A stretch of DNA of 64,000 bases. Source: Marsupella aquatica (Eukaryota; Plantae; Marchantiophyta). The translations under genes were made by a program, and so were the position numbers. Location of the stretch: contig OZ316895.1 in the NCBI GenBank assembly GCA_973895155.1, positions 16,410,170 to 16,474,169 of the forward strand. The letters are read 5' to 3'. The notes under the pieces were generated by a model, which saw only the letters and a program-made list of their open reading frames with translations, ran no database searches and was not told the DNA's origin. Shown one piece after another: positions 11,509-26,127 of this stretch (positions are counted from its first letter, which is position 1; each line of letters begins with the position of its first letter).

Positions 11509-12394
11509 GCCAGAGAGCCAGCAGCCATGTATGTTCGTGCATCAGCAGCATCAGCAGGAGTGCAGCATCTGGCTGTGTGTGTAAAGCAGAGAATGACGAC
11601 TACAGAAAAGTCTTGACAGACCTGCGGAGCTTTTGCAGCAGTCATTTTGCTCCATTTGCCATCCCCGGCCGCCGGGGAGAGGCGAGGCGAGGAGAGTAGA
11701 GGAGATTCCATTTAGTATATAATAGCAGTGCATCTTCATCGTAGGCGAAACTCTTCGACAGTAGTAGCAGTGTTCTCTGGGTGTGTGGGTGAGTGTGATC
11801 TGTGATCTGTGATCGTTTTGTGGTGTGTGGGAGACGAAGAACGCCTGTCTCGAGAGGAAGGGAGAATTCATGCAGCGGCGGGAGAGATTAGTGATTTCTC
11901 CGAGGAATGGGCTTTGGACGCCCTTTCGCTGTGGTTGCGGGTCGTTAGTCGTTAGGATCTCTGCGACTACAGTAGAGGACTACGGTCGAGCACTGTGGCT
12001 CTAGTGCAAGCGCGAAGGAAGGGAATGTTGTAGAAAGGTGGACAGCTGCGACAGCTGCTTGAGTGTGATTTGTGTGCGAGGATGCGGGAATCGTCGTACA
12101 AGGTGGCACCAAGGACATTTTTTAGCAGGGGCGAGGATTTGGGGAATAAATTCATGACTAGTGTGTCTGATATTGGCTCAGGATCGGTTAGAGCTGTGGT
12201 GATTGAGTGGTCGAGGAGGGGGCTGGTTTGAATATCTGAGGATTGTCCATGGTCGTTGTTTTCGGATTATTTTGTAGTGATTAGTTTGTTGGACAAGAGA
12301 GGAACTAGGAAGGAAAGGAGCACAGAGCGCAAGCAGGTAGGAAGGCAGAGGAGTTTTGAATCGGCGGGCGTACTGTAACTTGGAAGCTGCAACG

Positions 12395-15300
12395 ATGGAC
12401 CTCCAGATGCGAGGTTCCATTGCTCTGGCACGCTGCCAATCCATTAATCTGTTTCCCGGGGACGCCGCCTCTAGATTGCCGCACCGGTGCTTCCTTTCTG
12501 GGCGCTCTTCAATCTCCGGCAAAGGCTCTCATCTCTCGGCTTCTGGCAAAGGGTCAGCTCCTGCCCCGCTCTCTTCTCTCCCTCATTCCCTCGCACGTCA
12601 GTGTCTGATTACAGCTCTCATCTATGAAATGGATGATTCACCTTTGTTTACTGGACCCCAGAGTATTTTTTTTCTATCGACCTTTGCCGTGATGGGATTT
12701 CTTCCCCTGGTCCCGCATGTGAAGGATAATAGCTCAGTGAAAACAATTAATTCATACTCTCTTAGCTGGTTCTTATTTGATCTAATATTTTGGATGGTGT
12801 TTGTGACAACAGAGATTTTGCTCCAACAACTCCATCAAATGTCGAGAGCAGACGCAGGAAAAATTATCCTCGAGGCTCAGTCGCGTCGTTCGCAAGTTTA
12901 GGAGAGAAATCTTCGAGAGCTTGTGAAGTTGACACCGGTGGCGGCCTGACGAAGTACTCAGACTTCGTTGTGGTGGGAAGCGGAATCGCTGGCCTCCGGT
13001 ATGCATTGGCGGTAGCGGAGCATGGCACTGTAAATGTTGTCACCAAGTCTGAGCCTCATGAGAGCAACACCCAGTATGCGCAGGGCGGAGTCAGCGCAGT
13101 TTTGGATCCCTTGGATTCCGTGGAGAGCCATATTAGAGACACTATTGTTGCCGGGGCGTTCCTTTGCGACGAAGAGACAGTCGAGGTATGCACCCTGTCT
13201 GTCCTTTCTGCTCTTGACTTAAGTAATTGCCACATTCCTTCTGGAGAGATTTTATGTTGGTACTATTATTGCATTTTTCTCTTCTGGGAGTTTCGTGCAT
13301 CGGTATCTTGTCCTGGGTCCATTGCTCTCGTCAGCCTCTCGTTTTCTGCAACGTTCGTGTCTTAATCACGAACTGCTGATTGACTTCCTGCCGCTGGCCA
13401 TCACGTCTGCTAGCTTCAATTTGGTCCTAATCGTATCTTCCAATTTGTTCTGATGTATGAGGGGTTTTCTCAGTTTTGTAAACTCATTTTTTTGTCTAAG
13501 GCTGTCTTTGAGATCAGTACCCTCCTGGGCCTGTTATCTGCGCTATCTTTCTAGTCACCCACTGCCAATGGACGTCCCTAACGCTGGCCAATCCCATCTC
13601 GTTTTAGGGGGTTTGGAGGACTTGATTTAGTCTTGATCGCATCTTCTACTCCGCCATGATCACTGATCTGTGTAGGGAAAATTTTCTGTGCTCGTGATGC
13701 TCAGGTTGTCTGCAGAGAGGGACCAGAAAGAGTGAGAGAGTTGATGGAAATGGGAGTTCTATTCGATCATAGTGAAGATGGGCAGTTGCACCTCGCCAGG
13801 GAAGGTGGTCATTCTCATCATCGGATAGTGCACGCAGCTGATATGACTGGGAGGGAGATTGAACGAGCTCTCTTAGCAGCTGTGATTAGGAATCCCAACA
13901 TTAAAGTCTTTGAGCATCACTGCGCTGTGGATCTTCTCACACTCCAAGTACGTGTCCGCTTCCACCCCAACTGTGTTTGCTGCTTGTTGTTTTAAGAGTG
14001 CGAAAAATTCGGTTACTGGCTTGAGTTGGCATTGTCCAGACTGCCAGAGTGAGAGTGAACAAGGAGGAACGTAGAATTGGCAAAGAGGGACGAGAGAGAT
14101 TTAGGAAGAGAAAGGTTGTTTACGTCTTGGCAAATCTTATGGTTTGCAGGATGGTGCTACTGTAACCTGCTATGGTGTCGATGCGTTGGACGTCAGATGC
14201 AACCAGGTTCGTAAATTACTTCCAATTCGCATTTCATATCAAGCAAATCCTACTGTCTCAAACATTGCTCTTGTTCAAAGACGAGCGAGGTTGACAGTTG
14301 CACCTAAAACATAAATGAAGAAGGACCCTAGTTTGGTGGTTGAGTCAAGTGAGAAACGAGGAGTTTGATTGACGTAGTACTGGCGAAATTTGGAAGTCAA
14401 GGAGGAACATCTTGAGGACAAAGAGGGTGTTTATTGTATTTGTGCAGAGGCAAAGCTATCTGGTTTTCCTCCGCGGCTATTCGAGTTGACGATATGTTTC
14501 AGTAGGAAAATTTTAGGAATCCGGGTGGTCCTTGCTTGCATGATCAGATTTGCTGACTTTGAACGGAAAACAGGTAGTACGCTTTCTCGGAGGAGTTACT
14601 ATGCTCGCTTCGGGGGGATCTGGCCACATCTATCCGAGCACTACTAATCCCTTGGTAAGGTTTCTGCTTAAGAGTAGATGTGATTTCTATGTGTGATGGA
14701 AATATGCTCCGTGCGTTCTTGGAGTCAGCTAAATTCTCAGTCATTTTTAATTCATCGCAGATGTTTTGCCTGACGCTTGTTGATAACAGCAGTCAGTGTA
14801 ATAGCACCCACCTTGGCATGTAGATTGGGGATTCCTACAACATGTCTTGAAGCGTATGGATGTGTGATTCAGCCTCTGAAAAATGAATTTCAGGATTTCT
14901 AACCAAAGGGTACTTTTCCGGGATCAGGTGTCAACTGGTGATGGAGTTGCCTTGGCTAATCGGGCGCATGCCGTTGTTTCCAACATGGAGTAAGTTGTGT
15001 TAGCGCTTCTTGCACTTTTGATATCCCTACCAGCCGTTTTCTGCTATGGATTGGCCTGAATTGGCCTTCGTTTGGAAATTGCGGACATTAGCCTTCCCCA
15101 CATTTCCATATCAGTCCGAGGATCCCCATAGTCAAACAGATCGCATAGAGAGTTCAGTCTGTCATGCCTTCGACTGTGTTAGCTGAAGAAATTTAATTTC
15201 TTTCCGCTTTTTCAAGTTTCGTTGGATTGCTCCGACATTCAAAGTCACTAACGGAACTGCATTGCCATGTCTGCAGATTCGTTCAATTTCACCCAACAGC

Positions 15301-16354
15301 CTTGGCTGACGAAGGACTTCCAATCCGTCCTCCACCTCGAGAGAATGCCTTTCTCATAACAGAAGCTGTACGTGGAGATGGCGGGCTGCTGTACAATCAA
15401 GCAAAGGAAAGGTTTATGCACGAGTATGACCCACGTGAAGAGCTGGCACCTCGTGATGTCGTCGCTAGAAGTATCGATGATCAGTTGAAGAAACGTAACG
15501 AGAAGTACGTATACCTGGACATTAGCCATAAACCAGCAGGAGAGATTCTGGCCCACTTCCCAAACATCGCAGCTGAGTGTATGAAATACGGCTTAGATAT
15601 CACGAAAGACCCCATTCCCGTAGTTCCAGCTGCACACTACATGTGCGGTGGAATCCAAACAGGATTGCTAGGTGAGACGTCCATTATGGGCCTCTACGCA
15701 GCCGGAGAAGTAACGTGCACAGGTCTACACGGAGCAAATCGACTGGCAAGCAATTCATTACTGGAAGCACTAGTATTTGCCCAGAGAGCCGTAGAACCAT
15801 CCGTTGGATACGTGCGCTACATGGCTGGCATGCAGTTCAACATTGATGAGGCGAGCGAATGGCCTCGCCTGTCTCCTTGCCCACCTGATGACACGAACAT
15901 GGAGAAGATCGCGGAGTTTACGAGTGTTCAGAGAAAGAAGTTGCAGCAAATCATGTGGGAGTATGTGGGCATTGTGCGTTCCACTGACCGTCTGAAGATT
16001 GCTCAAACTATGCTGAACGAGCTTCAAGTGGAGTGGGAGGAGTACTTGTACAGCCATGGGTGGAATCCCAGCATGGTTGGTCTGGAGCTCTGTGAGATGC
16101 GGAACTTGATAACTGTGGCCAATCTGGTGCTGAGCAGTGCGATGGTTCGTCAAGAGAGTCGGGGACTCCATTTCACAGTCGACTTTCCTGAGCTTGTTGA
16201 GAGTGAGAGGCAAGCCACGATGCTCTTCCCCAGCACCCCCATGACCACAACATGGAGCTCACAGCAGGTGCACACAATGTCGATGAAGTCGATGCCTATG
16301 TCTATCCCAGACCCACTGCTTCCTCTTTTCCCCCAAAAGAAAATCGATAGATAA
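12395..16354 (+). CDS. nadB: L-aspartate oxidase, plastid-targeted (NAD de novo synthesis), 7 coding exons
   Basis: Exons 12395-12552, 12813-13185, 13705-13947, 14150-14206, 14574-14654, 14928-14989, 15277-16354 with GT-AG sites in consistent phase. FAD motif VVGSGIAGL; also YAQGGV, EGGHSHHRIVHAAD, FVQFHPT, HYMCGG, GLHGANRLASNSLLE and ESRGLHF. Ser/Arg-rich N-terminus resembles a transit peptide. Confidence 0.96.
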
Positions 16355-19300
16355 CACTGGCATGCCAGGGACAACAAGCTTTCTCATCACATTGCATTAG
16401 GATTTAGGTAGGATTGTAGAACTCTCACAAAGCTCAGTAGTGTATAGGCCAGAAATGAAAACATATCCCAGCCATTTTTTTCGCTCTGCTCCACTCCACT
16501 CCATTCATACTCTGGACTCTGAAAAAGGTTTCTCGACGATTCTGTCACTTGTTTGTTTCTCATCTGGTGGTCTTGTCCTGTATCTAGGACCTTGACTCCC
16601 CCTCTGATTTGGTGGGGGGTTTGGGCAACCTTGTTGTAGTCTGTAGAGACATGGCATCGCACCTCAGGACATAGATTTTGTCCCATGTTTTTTTAGAGCA
16701 GAAGCCATCCGTTTCCAGTGAAATGCATGTATTCTCTAGAATTTACTCTCAAAGAAAACTCACACCATTGTTGAGCCTGCTGATCGAGGCCATTGCAATT
16801 TCTGCTATTTCTGCTGGCGTCTGCAGCAATGAAAGTCCTTGCTACCTATGTTTGTATTTGGGTGTATTTGTATTTGGGTGCCACTTATTAGCTCTTATTT
16901 GAACATTATAATATCTCATCCATGTGTTATAGTATCCTATTATTTACGTACTGCCATTGGAAATTTTTTCCAAAGTTGCTGGAAGCATGTGTAGTCACAT
17001 AACACTATTTAACACTATTTATCACAAACAAAAGTTGATGGAAGCATGTGTAGTCAGATCACACTATTTGTCACAAACAATAATGATTTATTATATAAAA
17101 ATATCAAACAAGACTATTTGTCACAAGATTCGCAATGTAAAAAAATATCAAACAAAACCATGTTTCATAAACAAGAACAGTTTGTTATGTAAAAAATATC
17201 AAACAAGATTATGTTACAACAAGTTAAGGAGAAAACAATTATACTAGTAACTATAAAAATAATTGAAAACTGAAAAATAATATTTCTAATAAAAAAAGAA
17301 ATGGATGAATATGGGGTAAAAATATATAACATTTGGATGGGTTGTGATTACGGACCCCACTAGAGTTCCCTTCCAAAATTCGAGACTCCATAGTGCGTCA
17401 CATCAGCAACATCCGCATGAAACAAGATAACAATAACCTCCTCTCCATCTTGTTTACGTCAATTTTTGTGTATTTTTATGGACATCGTGCCATCAAAACA
17501 TAATGTAAGAATATTTAAAAGTAATTCATCCAAACCTATTGATACAAAGTAAAGACAAGATTAAAAACATTCACCCATAATCCCTTTACTTACATTTATA
17601 AATTTCTTTTTATAAAAATAAATAGTGTTCAACATTAAAAGTAACCGTATTCTTGTAACTGCCCAAATAACAAAACCGCCGGAACAAAAGAAGTTAAGGA
17701 CCCTCCTCCCTCCTCCCTTAGCATCATGTGGTTCGATAATGGCCTTTAGGTTGGGATCAGTGAGTAGTCATCTCAGTGACACTACAAATACAATGAGGAG
17801 CCTTTGAGAACAGGACCATTGTCTCTAAACTTTCAACCTATGATCAGCCATCCAAGAGATATGGAAAATTGAACAAGCTCTACAAAATTGCTTCTTTGTC
17901 TTCTAGATTTTGTTTGGTTGTATAGTAGGATATGTTGAAGCCAACAAATTTTGGCATCCATACCAAGCAAATAGATGGATACGGGATTTCTCTTGTAAGT
18001 CCACAGGAGGATCAACGAGGGCTTGTCATGAAGGATTTCCTGAAGACAGGATGTGCATTCAAAACATTGGCAGCCTCATCGTTCAGCTCATTGTGTCTCA
18101 TTTTGTGACAAGCGGTTGGAGCAGGAGATGTCATAAGCAATTGTGGCGACGTGTCACGGAGCTACCTGATCAGGTGCCTGATTCTTTGTCATGTCCGTCA
18201 CTTCTTGCTTATTTTGTTCAGATCGAAGAGTCAAAGATGGAAGCTTTTCTGAGATGAAGACATGGGATGTTTTTCAATTTGGATGGTGATACTCACATAA
18301 GCTGGGCCTGCAATTATAATGCTCCTTTGTTGTGGACCAATGGATAAGAAGCGCTATCGAGCATACAATTCTTAGTTGCGGAAGTTTTACAGAATTAGTT
18401 TGGAGACTTCGATAGAATTCTTTGGCCACCAACGTAATCACAGGAGTCCAAAAGAGCATTAACTATCTGAGTCGAACAACTGCAATCGCACCAGGCCCGG
18501 GTGCACTTGTCTAGAGGATCGTTTGTTGTTTCTTACTCGGTTTACTTGGTTGTTTCCTACTTGCCTCTTATTGTAGTGCATCTTCTATGTATTACAATTT
18601 GAGACTTATTCCCCTTTTCAAAAAGCTCTGCACAAAACTACAATGTTCAGTTATCAAATCAAAAATAATAGAGCAACACGAAATTTAAAAAGCTCTGGAC
18701 CAACCAACAGGTTTACTTGTGTCTGAGGTGTGTGTGTCCAGTGAACATGATGGAAACATTTTGACATTCTTAGCCTTTCAAAAATTTAGCTAATGTCACA
18801 AAACAAAACCTATTTTGATAGCACAATGTTGTACAATTTTTGGCAGTCCACCATCCCAGCGAGATAGTAGCTTCTAATAATATTAGCTTTTATGTAAAAG
18901 TAAATTAAAGATAAAATTTCCACGTTAGAAGCCCAAGAGTAGTCTTTTTTGGAGACAGACTGAATAAATGGCCCTTCAGTTTATCTTTTCGTTCATTAGT
19001 ATCTCTATAATTGTAACTACATGCCTATAGGGTCACGGTTAGCAGTTTCACTCCGGCAATTGGCAGGGTTTCTAGTATCCCCATTCCTTTTGGCTGAAAA
19101 AATTCATATCTTTGTTCAAAGGAAACACAAATTTACACACACTCCTTGGATCAACAAGGGGTCCACAGACTGATTGATATAGGAGTATTTTCCAGTTGAT
19201 TAGATGAGTTTTTTTAATTTAATTAATAATAGGTAGAAAAAATATTCATTACTTTAGCCCATGGGAAGTCAAAATCCCTCTTGCTAGTCACTATACCTCA

Positions 19301-19755
19301 TATTGGTTAGGAGTTGAATCCTTGCAAGCTTAAGGACTAGTTTTTTGTGTACTCGTTGCCCTTCACATTATAACAATGACAAACTCTCAAGCTTGATTAC
19401 AAACTGGATGCTTAGACAACCATGGACTTTCCTTTACCGGATTATCCGATTCATATCCAGACAAGCTGAGAATCAGATTTTTGCTTATCATTTGAGTATA
19501 CATGTCTTTTGTTTACTCAAGGGAAGCGACTCGCTAGCCCATGTGTATGATACAGTTTGAACTCAAGATGCTCTAATCTAATTACGTGTCCAGAGTAGCT
19601 GCCAACCGGGGAAAAAGACTGTTGGATGCTCATGGAACTACTCTGGCCCTGTCGATAGTCTTAAACTCGAATCCTAACATGCAAGAGCTTCCTTGTGGAA
19701 AAATGGTTGGTATTCAGAGCCCAGATTGATCATCTCAAAAATATCACAAAGGAAA

Positions 19756-22700
19756 TTAAGTGAATTTCCTCAATTGTGGGTTTTTGCGTAATTCTTGCCA
19801 AATTGACAGGAGTTTTAGATACGGATCCCCCATGGCGCCATCACCTGGGCTGCCGGCATCCACAGCTGAGATTATGGCTTGTACAGTCTCCTCGCTTTCA
19901 CTGCCCTCTTGAGGTTTATCGAAACTTGCAGCGAGCTGTGTCTGGATGGTGTTGGCTGCCTCCTGAGCCCTGGTTACAACGGTGATTGGGATACCTGCCA
20001 ATATGGCCACCTGCAAGCCATAACTCTTGGGGCAAGCACCCTCTTTGAGTTTATACAAGAACACCAGCTCCTTGTCAAGCACATTTTCTGCATTCTCTGC
20101 TCTATCGAGATCGGAAGCTTTGGAGTAAGGTTGGAAGGAGCAAGCCATATGGCCAAGTTTGACCAGAGGATCTGTCCCAAATTCCTCGGTGAGGTGGTGG
20201 TAATGTGTTGCAAACATGAGCCTACAATTGAGGTTGTTAATCAATTCATGAAAGACCTGCTCCACACAAGCCAGAAAAATACAGTTAGTCATTTATGTTA
20301 AAAAAAATGCTCAGAATATCGTTGTTGAGTTCCTTGCAGAACCAAAAGAACAACTCACCGCATAGGCAATTGCGTAGCCGTCAAAGGTCGATGTACCGCG
20401 TCCAAGCTCATCCAGCACTACGAGAGAATCACTCGTTGCGTGATGTAAAACAGAAGCTGTCTCTGTACATTCAACCATGAAAGTACCTGAAGACACCGGG
20501 AACGGCATACTCTTAGAACAAGATTTTAAATTCATTTACATTGTATATTCGTCTAAACGTAGGCATGTAATAAAAATCTAGACAGCTAAAAAATCTAGGA
20601 TCTGTCAGCCTCATATCTGTACCCTGTTTTAAGTGAAGGAGCCTAAGACAAAACTATGTAAGCAGCCATGGCATGACATGCAAAACTCAAAAATTGATTG
20701 TGTTTCAGTATCAGGGAGTGGCCAACAAAATACATCACTTCGACAAAATTCGAGAAGAGTGCAAGCAACATACTTTCACCAGTCATGATGTGGTCACTGG
20801 CACCCAATCGAGTGAAAATGGTGTCTACTGGAGACAGAAGGCATGATTCGCATGGTACAAAACAGCCCAACTGCAATACATTGCAACAAAGAGGAAATAA
20901 GGCAAGGCTAAAGAGCAGAAATCACCAATTCGCCGTGAACTTTCATATCTGAACCATAGAAACAAATTCAGACTTCCTTCTTCATATTTCAGTTGAAAAC
21001 CACCGTGTTCTGGATGTCAGATTCGAGGAATGCCCTACAATCCGCTGGGACGGATGGGTTGAACAGTGATTCAGAGTTCACATGACTCACCTGAGCCATA
21101 ATGACGGCCAAGCATGTAGCCCGAAGTAGAGTTGACTTGCCACCCATGTTGGGGCCGGTGAGCAGCATGGCGCGCGGTTCAAGTATCACCCCAGGGTCAG
21201 TACCAAGCTCCAGATCATTGGGGACAATACAACCATCTTGACCCCCTACGGCATAAGGATGCCATAACCCTTTCATATTCAACACTGAACCTCCTTTTTT
21301 CGAGCCCTTGCTTGCAATGAATTGTGGACGGCAGGTTGGGCCATTTGACCCATCGACTGCCGCAGCGAAAGACGTCAAGACATCAAGCTTGCCCAGCATC
21401 TCGACAACTTTCATCCAGTGAAAACGATTTTCGTTGAAAAGATTCATGAGATTGCTCAACGTCCCCGCCTCCGCCTCAAGTTCGTCATCATCATTGTCAA
21501 AATTCTGCAAATGGTGTAATCTCTTTGTAAACATTGGTGAGGTGTAGAGCATTTGCCGAATACAGAAGAGAGCAGTTTTCCCTTCCTGCCTGTTGTCTAA
21601 CTTTGCATTCCCAACGATATTTTCTTTCTTGGAAAGGTTCACTGACTCTTGCCAAATGTGAAACAAAGTTCTGACAACAGTCGTCCATCACAAAATAAAC
21701 AAGACAAGCATCCTATTCCAGGGAGAGTTAACAAAATAGGAGTTAGCGCCACACAAACTACCTGTCCTTGACGTATTAGACATGGTGACTTTGACCTCCT
21801 GTCAATACACGATTCCAAAGTTTGGAGACAATCCTGAATAGCCTCTGAGTCTGCTAATATTGCTGCTGATCTTAAGAGCTTTGATCGTAATGGTTCATTC
21901 TCAAGTGAAAGTCTCCCCAATTCCTGAAGCAGATCAGAGGCAGCTCGCATGCCCAAGACTGTTGAGCAGAACGTTTTCAACTGGCAAACAAAAGCAAAGT
22001 CTTAGAGAGGTTGCCAGCAACTGTAGCAACAGTCGAGGGCCAGAGAATCTTCATATAAAGTCGAATACCAAAAAGAAGCTGTGGGTAGACAAGCAATAAG
22101 CGTATGGACGTACAAAAGATGGCCCTACCTTTCGTTCATGTACTTTCCTTGCAGCGAAAGGTACTAGTCCCAACATAGGAGTGGCGGCCAGTCCCCAGAG
22201 GCGAGCCACCAGCCGTTCTAAGTCAGGCATCTTCCTTAGACCGCCTCGTATAATAAAAGAAACGTCTGAACGAGATCTCAACTCGTCCACTGCATCCAAC
22301 CTGTGCATAATATCGCCAATATTTTGCAGAGGGTGACAAATCCACCGACGAAGCAGCCGCTTCCCAAATTGAGTGACACAGCTATCAAGGTATCCGAGCA
22401 GAGTGCCTGCAAAACCAGGATTCGAGTAGCTTAGTTAAGGGACTACGAATGACGCAAAGAGCTATTACAAGAGCTATTCGGAAACGCTGTCGCTTGTCTT
22501 CGGATATTTAAAGTTCAAAAACCAAAATTATCACTCTGAACAAAGAAATAAGATCCGCGTATTCATATTTGAACTCACCTTCTTTGCCTCCGTTGGCCCT
22601 ATTTTGAAGAAGCTCCAAATTATCCACAGTCTGACCATCCAGACGGAGAGAGCCTTTGTAGATTTCGTAGGGTGACAAAACCCCATTTGGAAGCAACTCA

Positions 22701-25700
22701 TCATCACACTGCGGCATTTCGAAAGGTATTGAATACAAAGTAAGAGTCAAATGAGACAGAATAGGGAGTGGAACATGAGGATGTAAGACACACTAGAAAC
22801 GGGGATATCTTGCAACATCTAAATAATTATAAAATGGAAAAATAAGGGTTACTGTACGCATCACTCTTTCGTCTGAATTGTATGCTGGGAACCTCAGCAG
22901 CATCATAAAGTTGTGAATCAGATGACCTCAATTGCGAGTTTGGAAGCCTCACCTTCATGCGGGTCAAGTGACAAGCAAGTGCACCGAGTGCAGAAATAGC
23001 GAGATCTCTTTCCGCTATCGATTCCAAGGCTGGCGGCCATGGATCAACTGCACCTTTGGAGCACCAGTCTGAATCTGCTCCACCTTTGAAGTAATGATGA
23101 GATCGAAAGTTGCGAATTGCCTCCTCAGCCATCATAAACTCCACATCAGGTTGAAGAGGAGTGAGAACGACAGGTAGCCAACCTGCGTATATGAAAAAGA
23201 TATTTTCAGCAGTCTGCACGGGAAAAAACTTTTTCACCATTCCTGAGGCTGATAAGAAAGTAGATCCCCGGCCTTCTCAACCATACAATATCAGCAATGA
23301 TCTAGACCTCATCGAATCAATTCTTAGATGCGATCAATGAATAATGTCGGAGATCCTAGAAGGGAGTTACACGATGTGCAAAAACAAGGATTCGTTTCAA
23401 AGAATGTATAGACCTACTGCAAAACATATGGACAAAGGACAACTACAGCGCCAAAGGCGAAAAATCTCAAGACCAGAAAGTCTATATAAAATATAAGTTT
23501 CATCAAGAACATTTGCCCATTAGAATTCAAGTAATTATCGAATGTTTCGAACTCGCAGGAAGGCCCACATCACATCTCCGTAACACTGAGAATCATATTA
23601 TTACAATTGACAATATTCTGGAAAAGACTGGATTGAGGGCTACTTCAGAAATCCCAGCAATGTGTCTCAGACTTCTTAAAACATACCCGGGCTAATTGAG
23701 CGACGAAGAGCTCGGCGTGTTTCATCTGAGATCCCTGTTCAACCATCCCAGGCGGCACGGTTAAAAATGGAAACGAAAATTTCAAACGTGCTATCTTGAA
23801 CCTGTAGAATGATGTAAACTTTGGCTGGTGTATTGAAGGACTCTTTGCTCACCTCCAATCTCGTAAAGTACCTCCTGGGGGGCCACCTGCAAAAGCAGCA
23901 GAAGCTGAGTGCATCAAAGGCCCGCAAGGTACTTCGTCTCAACAATTCGAATAGTATTGAGACTAAAATCAATGAATTGATAAGCCTACTGCCACCGAGG
24001 AAACAATGAAGGAAAGAGAGAGAGAGATTCCTGTTACCTGTCTCAGCAATGTCAGCAGACCAGACCGTGAGGAATCATCACGAAGAGAGCCCACATAGAA
24101 GCGTCCAACTGCAGCATCAACAAACGCAAATCCAATTGCAATTGTTGCCTTGCCTTCCGTATGCCCCTCGTTACCCAAATCCTGTTCCGATATCTGTTAT
24201 ACGTTACATTATCTCAGCACCACAATACGGATTCTAACTCTACAACAAACAGCTTCTGAAGTATTTGTCAGGATTGGTACTATAGAACGAAAATTTCTGG
24301 ACTAACTTATTATAGTGGAAGAAAAAAAGTGACCGAAAACTGAGGGGGTCGTAAAAAGCAGCTAACCTAGTATAAGGAGATTTCAGAGATCTCACCTCTT
24401 TCAAAGCAAGAAGATGGACAGCCTCGGGTCTGATGTTTCCATCCATCATAGTCGAAGGGGTCAGTACTTGAGTGAGTTGACGCTGCACCGTCTGCAATTT
24501 AAAGGAATTCATTTTTCTCATTCCGAGCGTGTTAGAAAGAACGCCAAGTATCCCAACATTCAACGTGCGAAGGAGCTGTGGAACAGAACTCTGCACCCTA
24601 CGTAATTCATTTGTTTTTCACCAAGAATTGATTACTGCAATTATTTCACGTCGACAAATCAAGAACTAGAATGCTTAGAAGAAAAATATCGTAGGCAAGC
24701 CCCAGTGCTCAGAAGCCTACCACATTGGAGCTGCACTTGGCTCGTGCTCTTGCTTGTGCGGAAGTCTCAGTCTGCTCCATCCGCCCTACTTTGTACCTGA
24801 TACATTAAGGCACCGCGCATTACTAGAAGGTCTCATTCGGAATATTCAATTATCAAAAGATCGAGCCTGATAGTAAACAGATATCAAACAGAGGAAGCAT
24901 TTGGAGTTCGTTGCAGTTCTTCACTTACCCTCGAGAGACCAACTTTTGAATTGCATCGTCGATCCCACTCTCGGGGCACCCAACCTGTGAGCATTGAAAG
25001 TAAGAATCCCTAACCTGTAAAGCACTTGTGCTGACAAGAGACCTTGCAAAATAAACCATCCCAAACGCACAGGCGATGATCTAAAAACTCAGTCCCAGGA
25101 AGTCAAACAGCACATATCTTCACGTCTGGGTCAAGAAGATCTTGTTTTCATATAAAGCAGTGTTGCTGGCATGATCAATAGAACAAGGCAAGCTACTGAC
25201 GATATATAAACACTTAATGTGGCCTTCATACCTGTCGACATTTCCCTACACCACTGACTATCAGCTTCCAGTCCAGTTCTTTGTGCCCTATCTCAGCATC
25301 GATCTCGTACAGCTCGTAGAACTTGCCCTGTGTCACAAGTTCCAAAAACCAGTAGCAAATCTTACATCTGCATATCTCACCATGTTTGGATCCTCTAGAT
25401 GCTTCGTACTTTCCTAGACAGGTTTTTAGCTAAAGATCTTTAAGATCAAATTTCTTCAAATTCGAGACGGCCTCACAGAAGCTTGCATTGTGGAGCAAAT
25501 TACCACTTTGAAAAAGAGGATAGTGTCCATATATTGACACTTGACGGCCCAGTATTGCTTCTGTGAGGCTGACAGCTTGCCAAAGACGACGTCTGGAGTG
25601 TGCAAGGTCCTCGCGTCGTACAATGGATCACCAGGCCTCCTCTTGTTGCCATCCCTAATTCTATCTGGCGCCATCCATTCAAACCGCGCTTTCGCAGCTT

Positions 25701-26127
25701 CCCATGCTCCCTTGGATGAAGGATTGTCTGCTCCTAATGCTTCCATGAGTCTCGCCCTTTTTTCGTTTGAAACGCGGGGAGAAGGAGCAGCCGCTGCTGC
25801 CACAGAAGATTTTTGCTCGGCTTCACGTACTCTCTTAAACCCAGGAATACGGGGACCAGACGCCGTTGGGGTTGAGGCCTCGCCGTTCTTCTCCGGGGCG
25901 ACATGGTCCTTGCGAACGAATTTCTGTTGAATCCTCTGTATAACTTCCTGCGGAGACAGGCTCTCTGTCACTCTGCTCGCGGCCAGAAGCGTTTGAGTTT
26001 GCTCACCAAACAGTGAATTGGCCGCGATTTCTGAATCGGCATCAAGAGAGGTCTTCTCTGTCGGCTTCCTCGCAGGGGTAGAAGCACCCCGCGAATAGAA
26101 GGAAAAGAGAGATCTTTGCTGCGGCAT
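19756..26127 (-). CDS. MSH7: DNA mismatch repair protein MSH7 (plant MSH6 paralogue), multi-exon
   Basis: N-terminal PIP-box-like QQRSLFSFY; mismatch-binding [12 protein letters not shown]; Walker [14 protein letters not shown]; DELGRGT; FATHYH; SYGLQVA. Very short segment between core and ATPase domains (no clamp), typical of MSH7. Confidence 0.9.
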
